A stretch of 63,886 nt of DNA, filler included, from Parasitella parasitica NRRL 2501 (taxonomy: Eukaryota > Fungi > Mucoromycota), in assembly GCA_025201805.1 (NCBI GenBank). It is 6 parts of 6 records of this genome, joined end to end, with 100 filler letters (N's around TTAATTAATTAA, not from the genome) between each part and the next. Parts side by side here need not be neighbours in the genome. Positions count along the whole stretch, not along the records: positions 31,669 to 56,596 come from MU619274.1; positions 56,697 to 59,124 come from MU619559.1; positions 59,225 to 61,418 come from MU619311.1; positions 61,519 to 62,577 come from MU619364.1; positions 62,678 to 63,886 come from MU619372.1; 1 more part is not named here. One strand, written 5' to 3'. Shown in pieces: positions 51,913 to 63,886 of the stretch. The notes below the pieces were generated by a model that saw only the letters and a program-made list of their open reading frames with translations, had not been told where the DNA came from and did not search any database. The stretch's first letter is position 1; each line of letters starts with the position of its first letter. Made by a program: the position numbers and the translations under genes.

Positions 51913-53004
51913 GTGATAAATAGAAAAAAGAAAAGAAGATACAAGTAAAGAGATTATCAGATTCTAGATTTTTATATCACTGTTAAAAAATGTTTAGTTT
52001 AACCAATAATAGGCGATGATTAGATGCCCCTGTTCCTCAAGATTCGTCTCCCGAAGGAATATCAGATCATCAGATTATTCTTGTAATCAATGACATCAAG
52101 AGATATTGCATTTTTATATTGGACAGCATTCCAATCAAGCTTTGATAGAAAGCATTATTCGACGAAACAGTGTTGGCCTAACAGAGAAAACAGAGCATAC
52201 AAGCTCTTTGTATCTAGCAAAAAAAAAGTTTATGTATGCAGATTTTAACTACCTATACATGTTATATTTGATGTATCGAGCTGTTTCCAAAAGTATAGGT
52301 TGTCAGGACGTGAGAGTGATATTGGGATGATTCTTAAGGGTGTTTATATATAGAAATTGTAGTAAATATATGGTGGGGTCTATTACTTTCTTGATGCTTC
52401 GCGATTAGTTGTTGACAGTATATATAGTTAGCTATGCTCGATGAGCGTCATCATATGTCATGTGCATTTGTCAAGAAATTAGACAATAGTTGCTAGACAA
52501 GGAACAAAAGAGAAAAATTAGCAGTGCATGCCATCGGACACAAGAGGATGGAAAGACGGGGGCACTGGGTACGGCAAGATAGCTTGCAGCGACCTGAGGC
52601 AGGGACACTTATCAGATGATCTGATTAGAAGTGCGTACATGTATTTAAGCTTCCATGTGCATACAGTACTTTTTGCATCCGGACTCCATACTTTTGGAAT
52701 AGGAATGTTTTTTAAATAAATGACGATAGCAGCAGACAACGGTGGTCGATGTTGCATTGGTATAAGAATGGCTCAAGTATTGTGATAATACATTAAAAGA
52801 AAGAAAAAAGGGCTTTACTGCAACACACGCTGCACTACGCTGGAGAGCACCAACAACCAGCATTAAACGAGCCGTTTGCAGAGATACATCAAAAGTACAA
52901 TTTAGTTTGCAGTGTATACAAGATGCTGTTTATTTTACATTCCCTATACACCTAGAATCACTACATTCACCACTTTTTTAGTGCAAAATTAGCAAAAGGA
53001 AATA

Positions 53005-53076
53005 TGCCCCAACGCTGGATTGAACAACGGACCTCTTGATTACAAGTCAAGCGCACTACCACTGTGCTATTGGGGC
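53005..53076 (-). tRNA. tRNA-Thr(TGT)
   Basis: Reverse complement GCCCCAATAGCACAGTGGTAGTGCGCTTGACTTGTAATCAAGAGGTCCGTTGTTCAATCCAGCGTTGGGGCA folds as a cloverleaf with anticodon arm CTTGA-CTTGTAA-TCAAG; T-run downstream. Confidence 0.93.
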
Positions 53077-54325
53077 ATTTTATGCTGATGTTACGGGTAT
53101 AAGTGAATTTTGTGATGCTGCCATATTTTCGGGATTTGAATCGAAAATTACCATAATAAGAAGATGTTCCTGAACGGACTTTACAAAAAAAGAATCAAGG
53201 TTTTAAATGATAAATATTGTTCTAGCGGTTACATGTCAAAACGACACATGGCTTAAATAAAAAAGGGGCTTTCTTTCGTCTAAATAATTCATAGCATACT
53301 TTATCCATTTGGTCTATATCGCTGAGATTCTTCGCAAATCTATAATTTATCAAGAACATTATTGCAACAACAAACATATTAGGTCATTCCTCGTACACCT
53401 TGTATATTTGTTAGAAAGTACCCAAAATCTATCTAAATATTTCACGAACAAGCACCGCAGCGTATCACTGATACATGCGTATTTTTTCTGCTGTCAACTT
53501 ACGATATACTATTTCTCAAAAAGGCAACTCATTTTCACGTGATGTTTATGAAGAGTCAAGTAATACGTATTTTTTAAATGGTGTTTGAATGCATGTTTAT
53601 TCTGGAGTCTCAAGTGTTCTGAGGTGAAGGTCAATCTAAATTTAGCCTCTTATTTTGGATTATGTAATTGTTGCCGATGGCTAAATGTTGAAGTTCATGG
53701 TTACATTTTGATCTGGGGCATTTATTTTTACTTTGAAATGGAGATTTGACAGTTCGATTTGACAGTTTATGATGGTTTGAAATTTTAGAAAGTAGACATA
53801 TAGATGTAGATAGACATTATGAAATCGTATAAAAATGATCATTTTATTTTTAATAAACGATATCGAATTTTTCTTTCTTTTACACTTTAGTTACTATTGT
53901 TATTTTTCTACATTTAACACCAACTACCCTAGATCTTAATTCATTTTCTCGATATACAATTTAAATAGCTCTTACAGTCTCCCTATTTACAAACAAATTT
54001 ATATCACTTTGACTTACCTACTCACTTACGAAGGTAATCATAAAAGAGAACTTGACATTTATCAATGCTTGTGACAACTATTAATTAATTTTGGAATAAT
54101 AATTAATTATTTGCACGTGATCGAAGTTTAAGCCAATAGAAACTAAGTTCCTGAATCTGATGTTGAAAACTAAGAGCGTCTCATCTTGGATATATATAGT
54201 GATCTATGCTGTATGTTTGAAATAAATCGAACTTTCTTATACGTTCTGTCTGTTGTGCCAGGTCTTGAAAATGAGTACAGCAGGTGATTGTATGTGATAT
54301 AAAAATATTAGAATGTAGTAATAAA

Positions 54326-54782
54326 TGTTGTGCCAGTGTCAAAGGGCGCAGCGTAATGTTATGTAAATAAGATTTGTATAAAGTAATAAAGACTTTCTGA
54401 ATAAAACCAGATACAAAACTGAAGACTTTTATTGACATAAGATATGATCTCTATTTATACTAAAATATATCCCAATCAATGTTTATCCACATAACATCTG
54501 ATGTTTGACAAGAAGTGTCAAACCTTATTAAATCACAGCATTTCCAGGACAGACCTATCTTTCTATTTTACATTAAAGAGAAGATTGGGTAGGATGTCTT
54601 CCCGACATCCCGCGATCTGATCTAGATGTATTCTTTGAATAAGCCTGGAACCTTGCAAGAGGTCCAATTACAACTTGTAGCTTATTCCTTATTTGTAAAA
54701 GAATTACCAACAATTAATATCATGATCCGTGCATTACGACTAAGTTAGATATGACATATGTAGCCTTTATATGGATACAACA
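54326..54782. mobile_element. Solo LTR, 457 bp
   Basis: TGTTG...CAACA termini with 5-bp target-site duplication ATAAA on both sides. Confidence 0.85.
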
Positions 54783-54996
54783 ATAAAGACTTTTAGCTTA
54801 CGAGATACAAAACTATTGATTTATTGATTGACAAGAAAAATGTCAAACATGACCTGATTGTATTTTTTATAGATTGATTTAGATAGATTATTCTAATATA
54901 AATAGACAGCTTCTTGTCAATCAATAAATCAATAGTTTTGTATCTCGTAAGCTAAAAGTCTTTATTACTACATTCTAATATTTTTATATCACATAC

Positions 54997-56055
54997 TGTT
55001 TAGGATGTAAAGGCTAAGCGAGGTGGGTTGTTGAGTTGATGTTGTGCCTGAGATCCAACTTGGGTATTCTCACAATTATGCAAAAGTATTATACCATGGT
55101 TACACTCATTAGAAATCCTTTATACCACAAGGCGATTATACTCTTTCTCAAGACCACTATCCTTCCTGTCTCCTTCTGGTAATAACTAGTTTACGATTAC
55201 TTGTACTAGCAGCACATGGCTAGTAATTGGTTCTATCTGGTGCAAGTTTATTAAGCCTCGATTCCACAAGCATGCAACCGATGTCAGTGCAATAAAATTG
55301 GGATCAATTTTATGTGAAAATAAAAAAAATAAAAAAAATAAAGCCAGAGAAATACAATTATAGTCTTTCCACCTTTATTTTCGATTAAAAGAAAACTGAA
55401 GAAAAGATACATGATCTTTAAGAGAGCTTGTATTTATACTACTTGTAAAATTGCCTCGCTACAGTGAGAATGCTTATTTTACAGCTTATTTGAAGAATGA
55501 CTTTTGTTGACATTCTCTCACTTGTATTGTAGTTGAGATTTCGATATGTTGGTATTGAAATTGATACTATGGTTTTGGGCAGGATTGTAATATTTGAGGA
55601 TCCTGATTATTTCTAATGCGACTGAGCTTTCCTTATTGTGTAATAAACAAGCCATTTCTGGCATCTAGAATTATTGCAATTGTTTTAACAATTGCATTGT
55701 TTATACATGTTTAGAATTTCTTTATTTGTAATTATGAGTAGCGTTGTTCAACATTAGCATGTGCCAGGGTTGTAGGAGATTGTACTTTGATCAGGAGTGC
55801 AAGCCTCTACCAACACTTGTTAATGTTTACTTGTGCTTTTCATGTATTTCTTTCTTGGATGGGTCAGCCATGATCCATCTGGATTTTATTTTAATGTAAT
55901 TGTGGTGCTATATAATAGGTGCCATTTCATTACAGTCAGCACTCGAAAAGTATAAATAGTCTAGGCAAATGTTGTGTAGAGAGGAATCATCTTATTTTTT
56001 TATACGAATAAATATATCCAGTTTTAATTGTATATCTATTTCGTATATTAAAACA
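54997..56055. mobile_element. Solo LTR, 1059 bp
   Basis: TGTTT...AAACA termini with 5-bp target-site duplication CATAC on both sides; TATAAATAG near 55951. Confidence 0.8.
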
Positions 56056-56273
56056 CATACAATCACCTGCTGTACTCATTTTCAAGACCTGGCACAACAG
56101 ACAGAACGTATAAGAAAGTTCGATTTATTTCAAACATACAGCATAGATCACTATATATATCCAAGATGAGACGCTCTTAGTTTTCAACATCAGATTCAGG
56201 AACTTAGTTTCTGCAATGGAATGGTATAACTAAAAGCAAGTAACTAAAAAAAATAAGACTCAAATGTCACGCA

Positions 56274-56596
56274 TGTTGTGCCAGGTCTTGAAATTGAGCA
56301 CAGCAGGTGATTGTATATGATATAAAAATATAAGAATGTAATAAAGACTTCGTTTACCAGATACAAAACTATTGATTTATTGCTTGACAAGAAGCTGTCT
56401 ATTTATATTGGAATAAATCTATCTAAATCAATCTATAAAATACAATCAGGTCATGTTTGACATTTAATTGTCAAACAAGATTATAACACAGTAGTAGTCA
56501 GAGCAAGACCTATTTCTATATTTAATCAGCTAATCGTTATGAATGTGAATCATTCATCGATAAGTTGAGCTTCGCAATTTAGAATAAGTAGAACCC
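56274..56596. mobile_element. LTR copy of the family that forms the palindrome, truncated by the gap
   Basis: Begins TGTTGTGCCAGGTCTTGAAA, as at 54251, and is colinear with the palindrome arm and loop sequence. Confidence 0.75.
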
Positions 56597-56696
56597 NNNN
56601 NNNNNNNNNNNNNNNNNNNNNNNNNNNNNNNNNNNNNNNNTTAATTAATTAANNNNNNNNNNNNNNNNNNNNNNNNNNNNNNNNNNNNNNNNNNNN

Positions 56697-58135
56697 TTCT
56701 TGTACTCTCTTACGAGTCGTTGGTGAAATCGAGTTGATAGCAAATATTGAGCAGCTCGTGGTCAGTCCAATCATACAGCATATATGTCTGCTTGACGTTC
56801 TTGACAAAGGGATAGGCGCTAGCAAAGCAGAATATGTAATCGATGGTTGAACGTGAGCCGATGGTGCTAGAAAAAGTAGGCTATTGGGCGTCCTTGAAAC
56901 AATCGACAAAGTGCGATCAAAGAAAGAGCAGCCAGCTAGGATACAGTCTCTGGATGGCATCATTTGTAATATCGTAATTGAAGTCGCCTAGTATAAATAC
57001 AGAGATGTCTAAGGTTGTAACTTGTTCAGTCGTGGTGGTATTAGCTTCTTGAAAGACGAAGACATTGTTTCTGCTATTATGGAGAGAACGAGTGAAATGA
57101 GGAATGATATGGGGTTGATTTTGTTTGGCCAGACTGCGACAATTCAGCGTGGCAATGTTGATAGTATGGTGTCTATCAACCATTAACAAAATATGGGTGG
57201 CGTCAATAGCTGCTGGTCTGTCTCCTCCTAAACTACTAGCATCCAGTTCCACTTCCTTTCTCATACGGTGGACAATCATAATGTCATCAACTTCCTGGGC
57301 ATCCCCTTCAGCTCAGCACTATCAGCACGGCAATGTCCCTCCTCCTGAGAGTACTTAAAATAGACGGGCATGGTGTTCCAGTACAGCAGAACCTGCCAAT
57401 TGTCCTTGCCAGATTGTGTGGTGTCCCAATTAAGCTGATGTTGCAAAGGTTGGGCGTCCTCAACATTGCAACCCAAGACTACGTATCCTTTGCCCATAAA
57501 GATGCCGCGATCAAAGTTGAGGCTCATCCAGACCTGAAGTGATCAATTGTTTGTATGTTAATGTATCCTCATCACAGCAGGTTTCAATAAACGTTCTTGC
57601 AAAGTATGTCTTGGGCTGAGGTAGAACACCATAGAAGACATATGTGTTGTCTCGGTTGAACGAGGCAAGAAAAACGTCTTTAGTATGGCAAAATTTGAGA
57701 TGTTGGTGATCGCAATAAAAGTGCTTCGTGGAGCTGATCCTATCATATAAGGACAAAGTATTTGGGAGAAAATCCGGTCCGTGCGCTTAGCATATTTGGA
57801 AGCGACAGCGCCCTGTGGCATAGGGCGCTCACAATCTTCCTCCTCGTCACAATTAGCATCGTTGACCGTAACAGGATCAATACGGCCTATTGTTGTGATT
57901 TATTATTACTACAGCTGATGCAGAAGTTTCTGTTTTTAGCTGTGATGGTAAAATCGTACCTTTGGAAGGTGCACTTGTCACGTTCATGGAATTGGAGACT
58001 TCAACCTACGTGACAATCATTAAATGTTAGTCTGGGCCATACACATGATATTCGTAGATAGAGACTGCTCTATCCAGCAACTCCTACGGTAGATTTGAGT
58101 TTTATACGTGCACCTTCGAAGGTATTGGGAAATAC
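56697..58135 (-). mobile_element. Degenerate LINE (L1/Tx1-like): ORF1 with decayed zinc knuckle and APE endonuclease
   Basis: INIATLNCRSL, VFQE and FILGDFNY (APE endonuclease); upstream FKYSQEEGHCRADS (decayed CCHC); frameshifted. Confidence 0.8.
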
Positions 58136-58463
58136 TAGCAAAAGTAACTCATCCATTATTGAAAGAGTGTACCAGTAGAAAAATATAGAAATGAACAGCA
58201 ATTCCCATTGTATTTGTTCCTATTTTCAATGTATTTTACTCATTCTCATTGAGGTCTTCCTATTTTTTGCTGAAATAAAGCACCTTCTAATGCTGCTTCT
58301 TGAGAAAATCCCTTACGAATAAACTTGTTCTATGTGTGCACTACTGCAGCAAAGGCTATTCCAACCAGCAAAAAAATTTGAGATTTTCGTAACTTAAAGG
58401 TTTTTCATGTGCATCAAAGTTTCTTGGATATCAAATATATCCCGCACTTTTAATTGTCATTTT

Positions 58464-58577
58464 TGCATGAATTAAAGCAGTAACAAACAGAGATTTGAAC
58501 CTTTCGCCAGTTGCAAAAGTAGAAGCTTCGTTAAAACGATTAATCCAGTCGCCATCATCTTGTACGAAGCCCAGTGC
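58464..58577 (-). mobile_element. Helitron Rep/helicase fragment
   Basis: Hand translation ALGFVQDDGDWINRFNEASTFATGERFKSLFVTALIHA matches the conserved Helitron GLLxDDxEW..EA....LRxLF segment. Confidence 0.65.
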
Positions 58578-59241
58578 AAGCTAAAATTTTCATTCATGCT
58601 AAAGCGGTCAAGATTTTCTTACTAGGATGTCAGGAAGCTCTACCTCAATTTTCCATAGAGTTACGGTGTCTTCAAAATTAAGCCATCTTGAAGATGTTCT
58701 TACCCAGAACATCCAAGTGCTCAAATGCGATCTTTTTTAGTTTGCATTTTTCGAGTATGCGTTTTTCTTTTGTGCAAATATAGTTTAAACCGGACCAAAG
58801 TGTGCAATTTACACGGTAGCTATAGTGCCCATTTTAATTTGCTTACCTGTGTTAACACAGCCTAATTTTTATACAGTGAACTATCATTCTCATTTACACT
58901 CTTGTTGTACCTGTTAGCCTAGCTGGGTTTCAGGCATTACATCAAGCATCACTATATACAAAACATCATGTTTGCGTAAGATTGATCTCTGTTTTCTTTT
59001 TTCTCTACGCTAAATTTTTTTTTACACATATGTAATGCTACTACCTATATAAAGTTCGACTAGTTTCTTATTTTGAGGTGTCTTGATAGCACTTGCAATT
59101 TATATCAAAAGAGATTTGGAATTGNNNNNNNNNNNNNNNNNNNNNNNNNNNNNNNNNNNNNNNNNNNNTTAATTAATTAANNNNNNNNNNNNNNNNNNNN
59201 NNNNNNNNNNNNNNNNNNNNNNNNAAAAAAAAAAAAAAAGG

Positions 59242-61418
59242 CAGTGCGTACCAGGTACGCAAGCCAAAAAAAAAAAGAGTCAGTATGCGTACCAGGTTTC
59301 AAATTCCGATGTTTGTTTCTGTGGAGATGCAGAAGAGCACCTTCATTTTTCTTTTCTTTTCGTTACGACACAAGTTGACATGGCAACATCAAGAACTTGC
59401 GAAAAATGCAATCGATCTTTTAAAAGTTCACTACCAAGTCATGAAAAAAACTATCACACACCTTCTATTACAGCAAAATACACAGATAGTCAAGGTGTGT
59501 ACTATTTTTCTTATCGTTTTCTTTAATGTTATTCATTTCTTTTTTCACCTTGGTTTAGGCCAATCAGTCGTGCTTGTTTTGGTGCGAGATGAGGATTCTG
59601 GCAAATTTAAATGTCCAATGTGCAAAAAATCTTGGCATACTTGTTCTGGCGCCCATAGTCATTTTGCTCGTATTGATGGGAAATGTAGTGATGATGGTAA
59701 GAAGAAACGAATATAATTTACCAGCTCTTTCAAATTAAACTTTTTGATGTTTTAAATAAAGATGATTCATCAAGCGGAAGCGAAATTGAAGATAGTACCA
59801 CTGCAATCATCGAAATGCACACCACAAAATTAGTTACTATCTCTGATGAATCCAATGATTGCCCTCGACGAAGCTTTGATGAGTCTATTTTGCGTGCTTT
59901 TCGACAGTCAGCGGCTTCTGATTATGAAAAAAACAAAACTCTGTGGATTGCTGAGAGTTTGAAACTGCAACCGTTTGCGTTGACGGATAACAATCAAGTT
60001 GAGGAAATCGCTCTCATGCATTGCGACAATGTTGCATCCTTAGTAAACAAAAGTCAAGACCAGCCCTATCGCGTAAAGAATATCACATTCGGCAAGAAGC
60101 GCAGGTGGGATAGCAGTATTAAGTTGAATGATGAAGCATCAGCCACGAATATTGAAGCAGCCCTATTGTCCATCATACACTATGGACCTTACTCCCACCA
60201 ACTCTCGAAAAGAGGTTTTACGCAATTGAATGATGATGGTTGCCAACTCTTGAACGACGATTGGACATCCTTGCCACAATTGCGATTTGCCTGCGCCCAG
60301 CTACTTGCTGGTGCTATTATCATCAATAAGAACAACGAAGCCGTGCTTGTCAATACGGTGGAAATCTACAATCGACAACGAGCACTTGACGTCCATCGAG
60401 AAACGTTTGTTAATAAGAAGGGAATGGCAGCATTGTCATCTTTGCCACCCATAGACACCAAATATTACAACACATGGGTAACAATCATGGGAGATACCGA
60501 CGGCAGTAAGCTAGTTGTGGGGACCAAGACTTTAAATGCCCTCATCACTTCAAGCCTCCGAATTGATTCTGTTCATCAAGCGAGTATTGGGGGAGTCATT
60601 TCACATTTCGACTTGGATGATAGCACCGCTTTGACGACTTCGGTATTCTTGGATAATGAATCGATTGAAAAAGCGAACATATTGGCAAGTGATCCTAATG
60701 CAAGCAAGATAAATCGCTTTGATCTACGATACCAACTTCGACAATTGCGATCGAAATTTCAATACCCTTCAACCTACCTCCTCTGTCGTGCATCAAGCGT
60801 TTTTGCAAATGATCTGCGATCACAGCCATATACCATTTTCACATTATATGAAGCACCTGATACAGGCCGCGATTCGGCAACAAAAATGGCCTCCAAACTT
60901 TTTTATAATGTCGCTAATCTGGTCCATTCCAGCACTAATCCGACTCTTCCAAAGCAATATGTAAACACTCTATTTGTGAAATGCCAAGATGGTCAAATTA
61001 AATCTATCTTACAACAAATCCTTGACTTATACGATGAAGATAAATATACCATCAACATATTGGACAATCATTCTCTCAATGCGCTACTATCACTTTTGGC
61101 TTCCTTGATGTCAGCAAGTCTCGTTTCAGCAAACAAATCTGTGGCAGAAAATGTCAAGTCGCGCGTCCTAAACGGTCATTAATAAATCCTTGTATCCCCT
61201 GTTACTTTTTTTTATTTCAAAGCTGGCACAATCACTGTTCGCTGCCCTGTTTTCATTTTAAGGCTACCTCTCTTTTTTATTTGTTTGACAGTTCGTCACC
61301 AATAAATTTCAAGCATTGTTAAAAAGAAAAAAACAATCGAATGCAACATACTACTATTATTTTTTTTTAAACAAACATGGCCATTTTTTTTTGGCTTGCG
61401 TACCTGGTACGCACACTG
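59242..61418. mobile_element. TIR-bounded 2.2-kb unit occupying a whole contig
   Basis: 31-bp inverted repeat GTGCGTACCAGGTACGCAAGCCA9 at 59244-59274 and 61384-61414; right end terminates ...CACTG; third partial copy CAGTATGCGTACCAGG at 59281. Confidence 0.75.
59380..61182 (+). CDS. Zinc-finger + unknown-domain protein (3 exons) inside the TIR unit
   Basis: Exon 1 MATSRTCEKCNRSFKSSLPSHEKNYH; exon 2 KFKCPMCKKSWHTCSGAHSH; both joined by GT-AG introns to the intact exon containing ORF 59815..61182 (455 aa). Confidence 0.8.
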
Positions 61419-61986
61419 NNNNNNNNNNNNNNNNNNNNNNNNNNNNNNNNNNNNNNNNNNNNTTAATTAATTAANNNNNNNNNNNNNNNNNNNNNNNNNN
61501 NNNNNNNNNNNNNNNNNNCAAAGTTCCCAGCCGTTGGTGTTCCCTCAAGATCAAAATCAACCTACCAGTATTCAAGCCGCTCATTTCCTACTATTCCCTT
61601 TACTTTTTTTCCCTTTAATATTATGCTAGTGTTCTGATAAGGGTTTTTGTCACTATTTCTTTGTTATCTTCTGGAATTCCAGGCTTATGCTCATATCGAG
61701 TGCCCATTTGAATTCATGTATATAATAATAAAAACCTCTTTAAACTGAGCTAACCAGGCATTTCTTTCGTTTTTTCAACACTTTTTGCCATCATATCCTG
61801 GTAGAAACACTTTCACTTCAACAAAAAACGTATTTTCTCGACAGTCAGCAACGCAATCAACTCGAAATTATACCAATATACTTGCCTTATATTAAAGGAT
61901 CTTGGGTTATAGTTTCAGCCTTGTCGAACAACTGCTTTATATTTTTTTTTAAATTTTAAATTTATAAAAAATATATTTTACCAACC

Positions 61987-62180
61987 ATGACTGATAATCC
62001 ACAAACTATGGACATGAATCAACTACATTTGCTACTGAAACAACTTCAAAAAAACTTACTTCAGTTACTGAACAAGTTAACCAACATGATGGGATACTGT
62101 CGCGTCTAGATATGTTGGAAAAAGAGAATATTGAACTGAAAAAACTTTTACAACAAAAGGATTTGGAAATTACAGACGGT
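61987..62180 (+). mobile_element. Possible truncated retroelement ORF1 coiled-coil N-terminus
   Basis: Frameshifted MTDNPQTMDMNQLHLLLKQLQK / LTSVTEQVNQHDGILSRLDMLEKENIELKKLLQQKDLEI; ends abruptly. Confidence 0.35.
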
Positions 62181-62677
62181 ACGCTTATAGTGGGGCCAAA
62201 TGTATCCAATAAAAATGCTAGAAATAGTGTAATGATCCAATAAGAGTGCTTGAAATAGTGTAACTGATTATATATTAAAGTAAACACAGCAGAATCTGAA
62301 CATTCTGCCGGCTGTGAAGTAAACAATTCTGTTACCCCGTTAATTGATTGTAGCTTTTTCGCTTTGACATTTCTACATATAAGTAAACTTTTCACTTGAA
62401 AGGCTTATTTTCTTTTCTCTTCTTTTCACAAACATATTATTATAAATTCAAGTATGCCTTAAAAATTTAAGAAAAAATTTTTAAACAATCTTAGATGTTC
62501 GACGAAGCAGTTACTGTTTTAATATACGAAATAGATATACAATTAAAACTGGATATATTTATTCGTATATAAAAAATNNNNNNNNNNNNNNNNNNNNNNN
62601 NNNNNNNNNNNNNNNNNNNNNTTAATTAATTAANNNNNNNNNNNNNNNNNNNNNNNNNNNNNNNNNNNNNNNNNNNN

Positions 62678-63886
62678 CAAGAAAATTGTCCATATCTTGT
62701 GTTTATAGCACTTTTGAGAGAGTCAGAAGGTGTTAGCCTTTGCTGCCAAAAACTATTAGTAAGATCGATTGAGCTCATATACGAAACACCATGCAGTTGT
62801 TCTAGACATTCGTCAATGCGCGGAAGTGGTACACGTTGAGCTATGGTTTTGGCATTGAGCGCTCTATAATCACACACCATACGAAGAGATCCATTGGGCT
62901 TTTTCACAAATAACACTGGGCTACCCCACTCAGATACACATGGCTCCAGGAAACCTTTTGCAACCAACTCGTCTAACTGTCGCCTCAATTCCTTCAATTC
63001 CAGAGGAGACATTCTGTAGGGCGCACGAGAAATAGGTTTAGATCCAGGTTCCAACTCAATCATCTCACCATCTGTTTTACGAATAGGAGGTAATGTATCC
63101 AGAGTGCCTTTAAAAACTCCAGGATAAGCAGCCGCAAATTCCTCACACCAATCTTCATTTTCTTTTTCTTGAGGAGTTAATATGTCCATCTGATCTACAT
63201 TATGCAAGTCGAGAAGATTGTCCAATTCTTTAGCAGTAACCAGAAAACACTCGTCAATTTGTTGCTTTCTCAGTAGTTTTTAGAATTGTCTTGCTGTAAT
63301 CACAAAATTGCAATCTTCCATATCCTCTTGATAACCTTCAGAACCTACCATATCACTCTGTATGCAATCCTTCATAGCATTCACAATTTGCACCGAGTGT
63401 AACTCCTTCTGAATTGGTTTAACTACGGTGGAACCACCTTGAGCAAGCTTGATAGACCAAGAACTGTGAAACCAATCTGGAATAGGTTGTATTTGACGAA
63501 GCCATGCATTGCCCAAAATCAATTCAAACTTGGTGTCAAACACATAAGCTTCCATTTCCTCTTGGTAATCACCCATTTGAAGAGTAAAAGTAGCAATAGA
63601 TGAGATAGCAGATTGCTGACCATTAGCAGTTTCAACCGCTTGACCTTTGACCGAGCGCAATCTGGAGACCTTGGAGAGAAACGTGGGACTAATATAATTA
63701 GCCGACGCACCCGAATCAATTAAAACTGAACAAGCAGAGCCATTTACCAAAGCGTCATATAGTGGCAATTTCGTGTCGATTTGACCAGCATGCAATACAA
63801 AATCGAGATCTTTTTGGATTGAATTACAATCAATCCTCAGAGGTTCAACATATGACTTGGAGGAAGGCAGAACACAATACAAGTAG
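62678..63886 (-). mobile_element. Ty3/gypsy LTR retrotransposon pol (aspartic protease + RT N-terminus)
   Basis: LIDSGASANYIS protease; PYRMSPLELKELRRQLDEL, SEWGSPVLFVKKPNGSLRMVCDYRALN, PLPRIDECL; one in-frame TAA at 63280-63282. Confidence 0.95.

Larger units (their letters stand above)
54138..56212. repeat. Fold-back inverted duplication (~240-bp arms, 73-bp loop), each arm interrupted by a solo LTR
   Basis: 54138-54296 is the reverse complement of 56054-56212; 54782-54837 of 54911-54966; and 54290-54325 of 54961-54996. Confidence 0.9.

Noticed and set aside
54181-56169. Two ORFs with an identical C-terminus (HTITCCTHFQDLAQQ...)
   Set aside because: By-product of the non-coding inverted duplication.
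56697-63886. LINE, Helitron, TIR unit and gypsy as one nested composite element
   Set aside because: Most pieces are separated by artificial linkers, so their order and adjacency are unverified.

Overview
AT-rich eukaryotic DNA with short spliceosomal introns. Gene content (presenilin, KDEL-calreticulin, perilipin-like protein) points to an early-diverging fungus, most likely Mucorales (inference). From ~1.5 to 53 kb the window is gene-dense: GNAT acetyltransferase, ketopantoate reductase pseudogene, bestrophin-like channel, AIR1/2-like, NUP82, TAF14-like, HEL2, perilipin-like, head-to-head RPN7/RPN6, two membrane proteins, VMA8, OPI3, presenilin, a giant EH/EF-hand + AHNAK-like repeat protein, calreticulin, F-box protein, ferric reductase and tRNA-Thr(TGT). 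From ~54 kb it is repeat-rich: a fold-back LTR palindrome hit by two solo-LTR insertions, LINE and Helitron remnants, a TIR-bounded 2.2-kb unit carrying a zinc-finger + unknown-domain gene with no recognisable transposase, and a Ty3/gypsy pol. Five 100-nt N-TTAATTAATTAA-N linkers are artificial contig joins, so adjacency across them is unreliable. Gene models were spliced by eye and family assignments rest on remembered motifs, not database searches.
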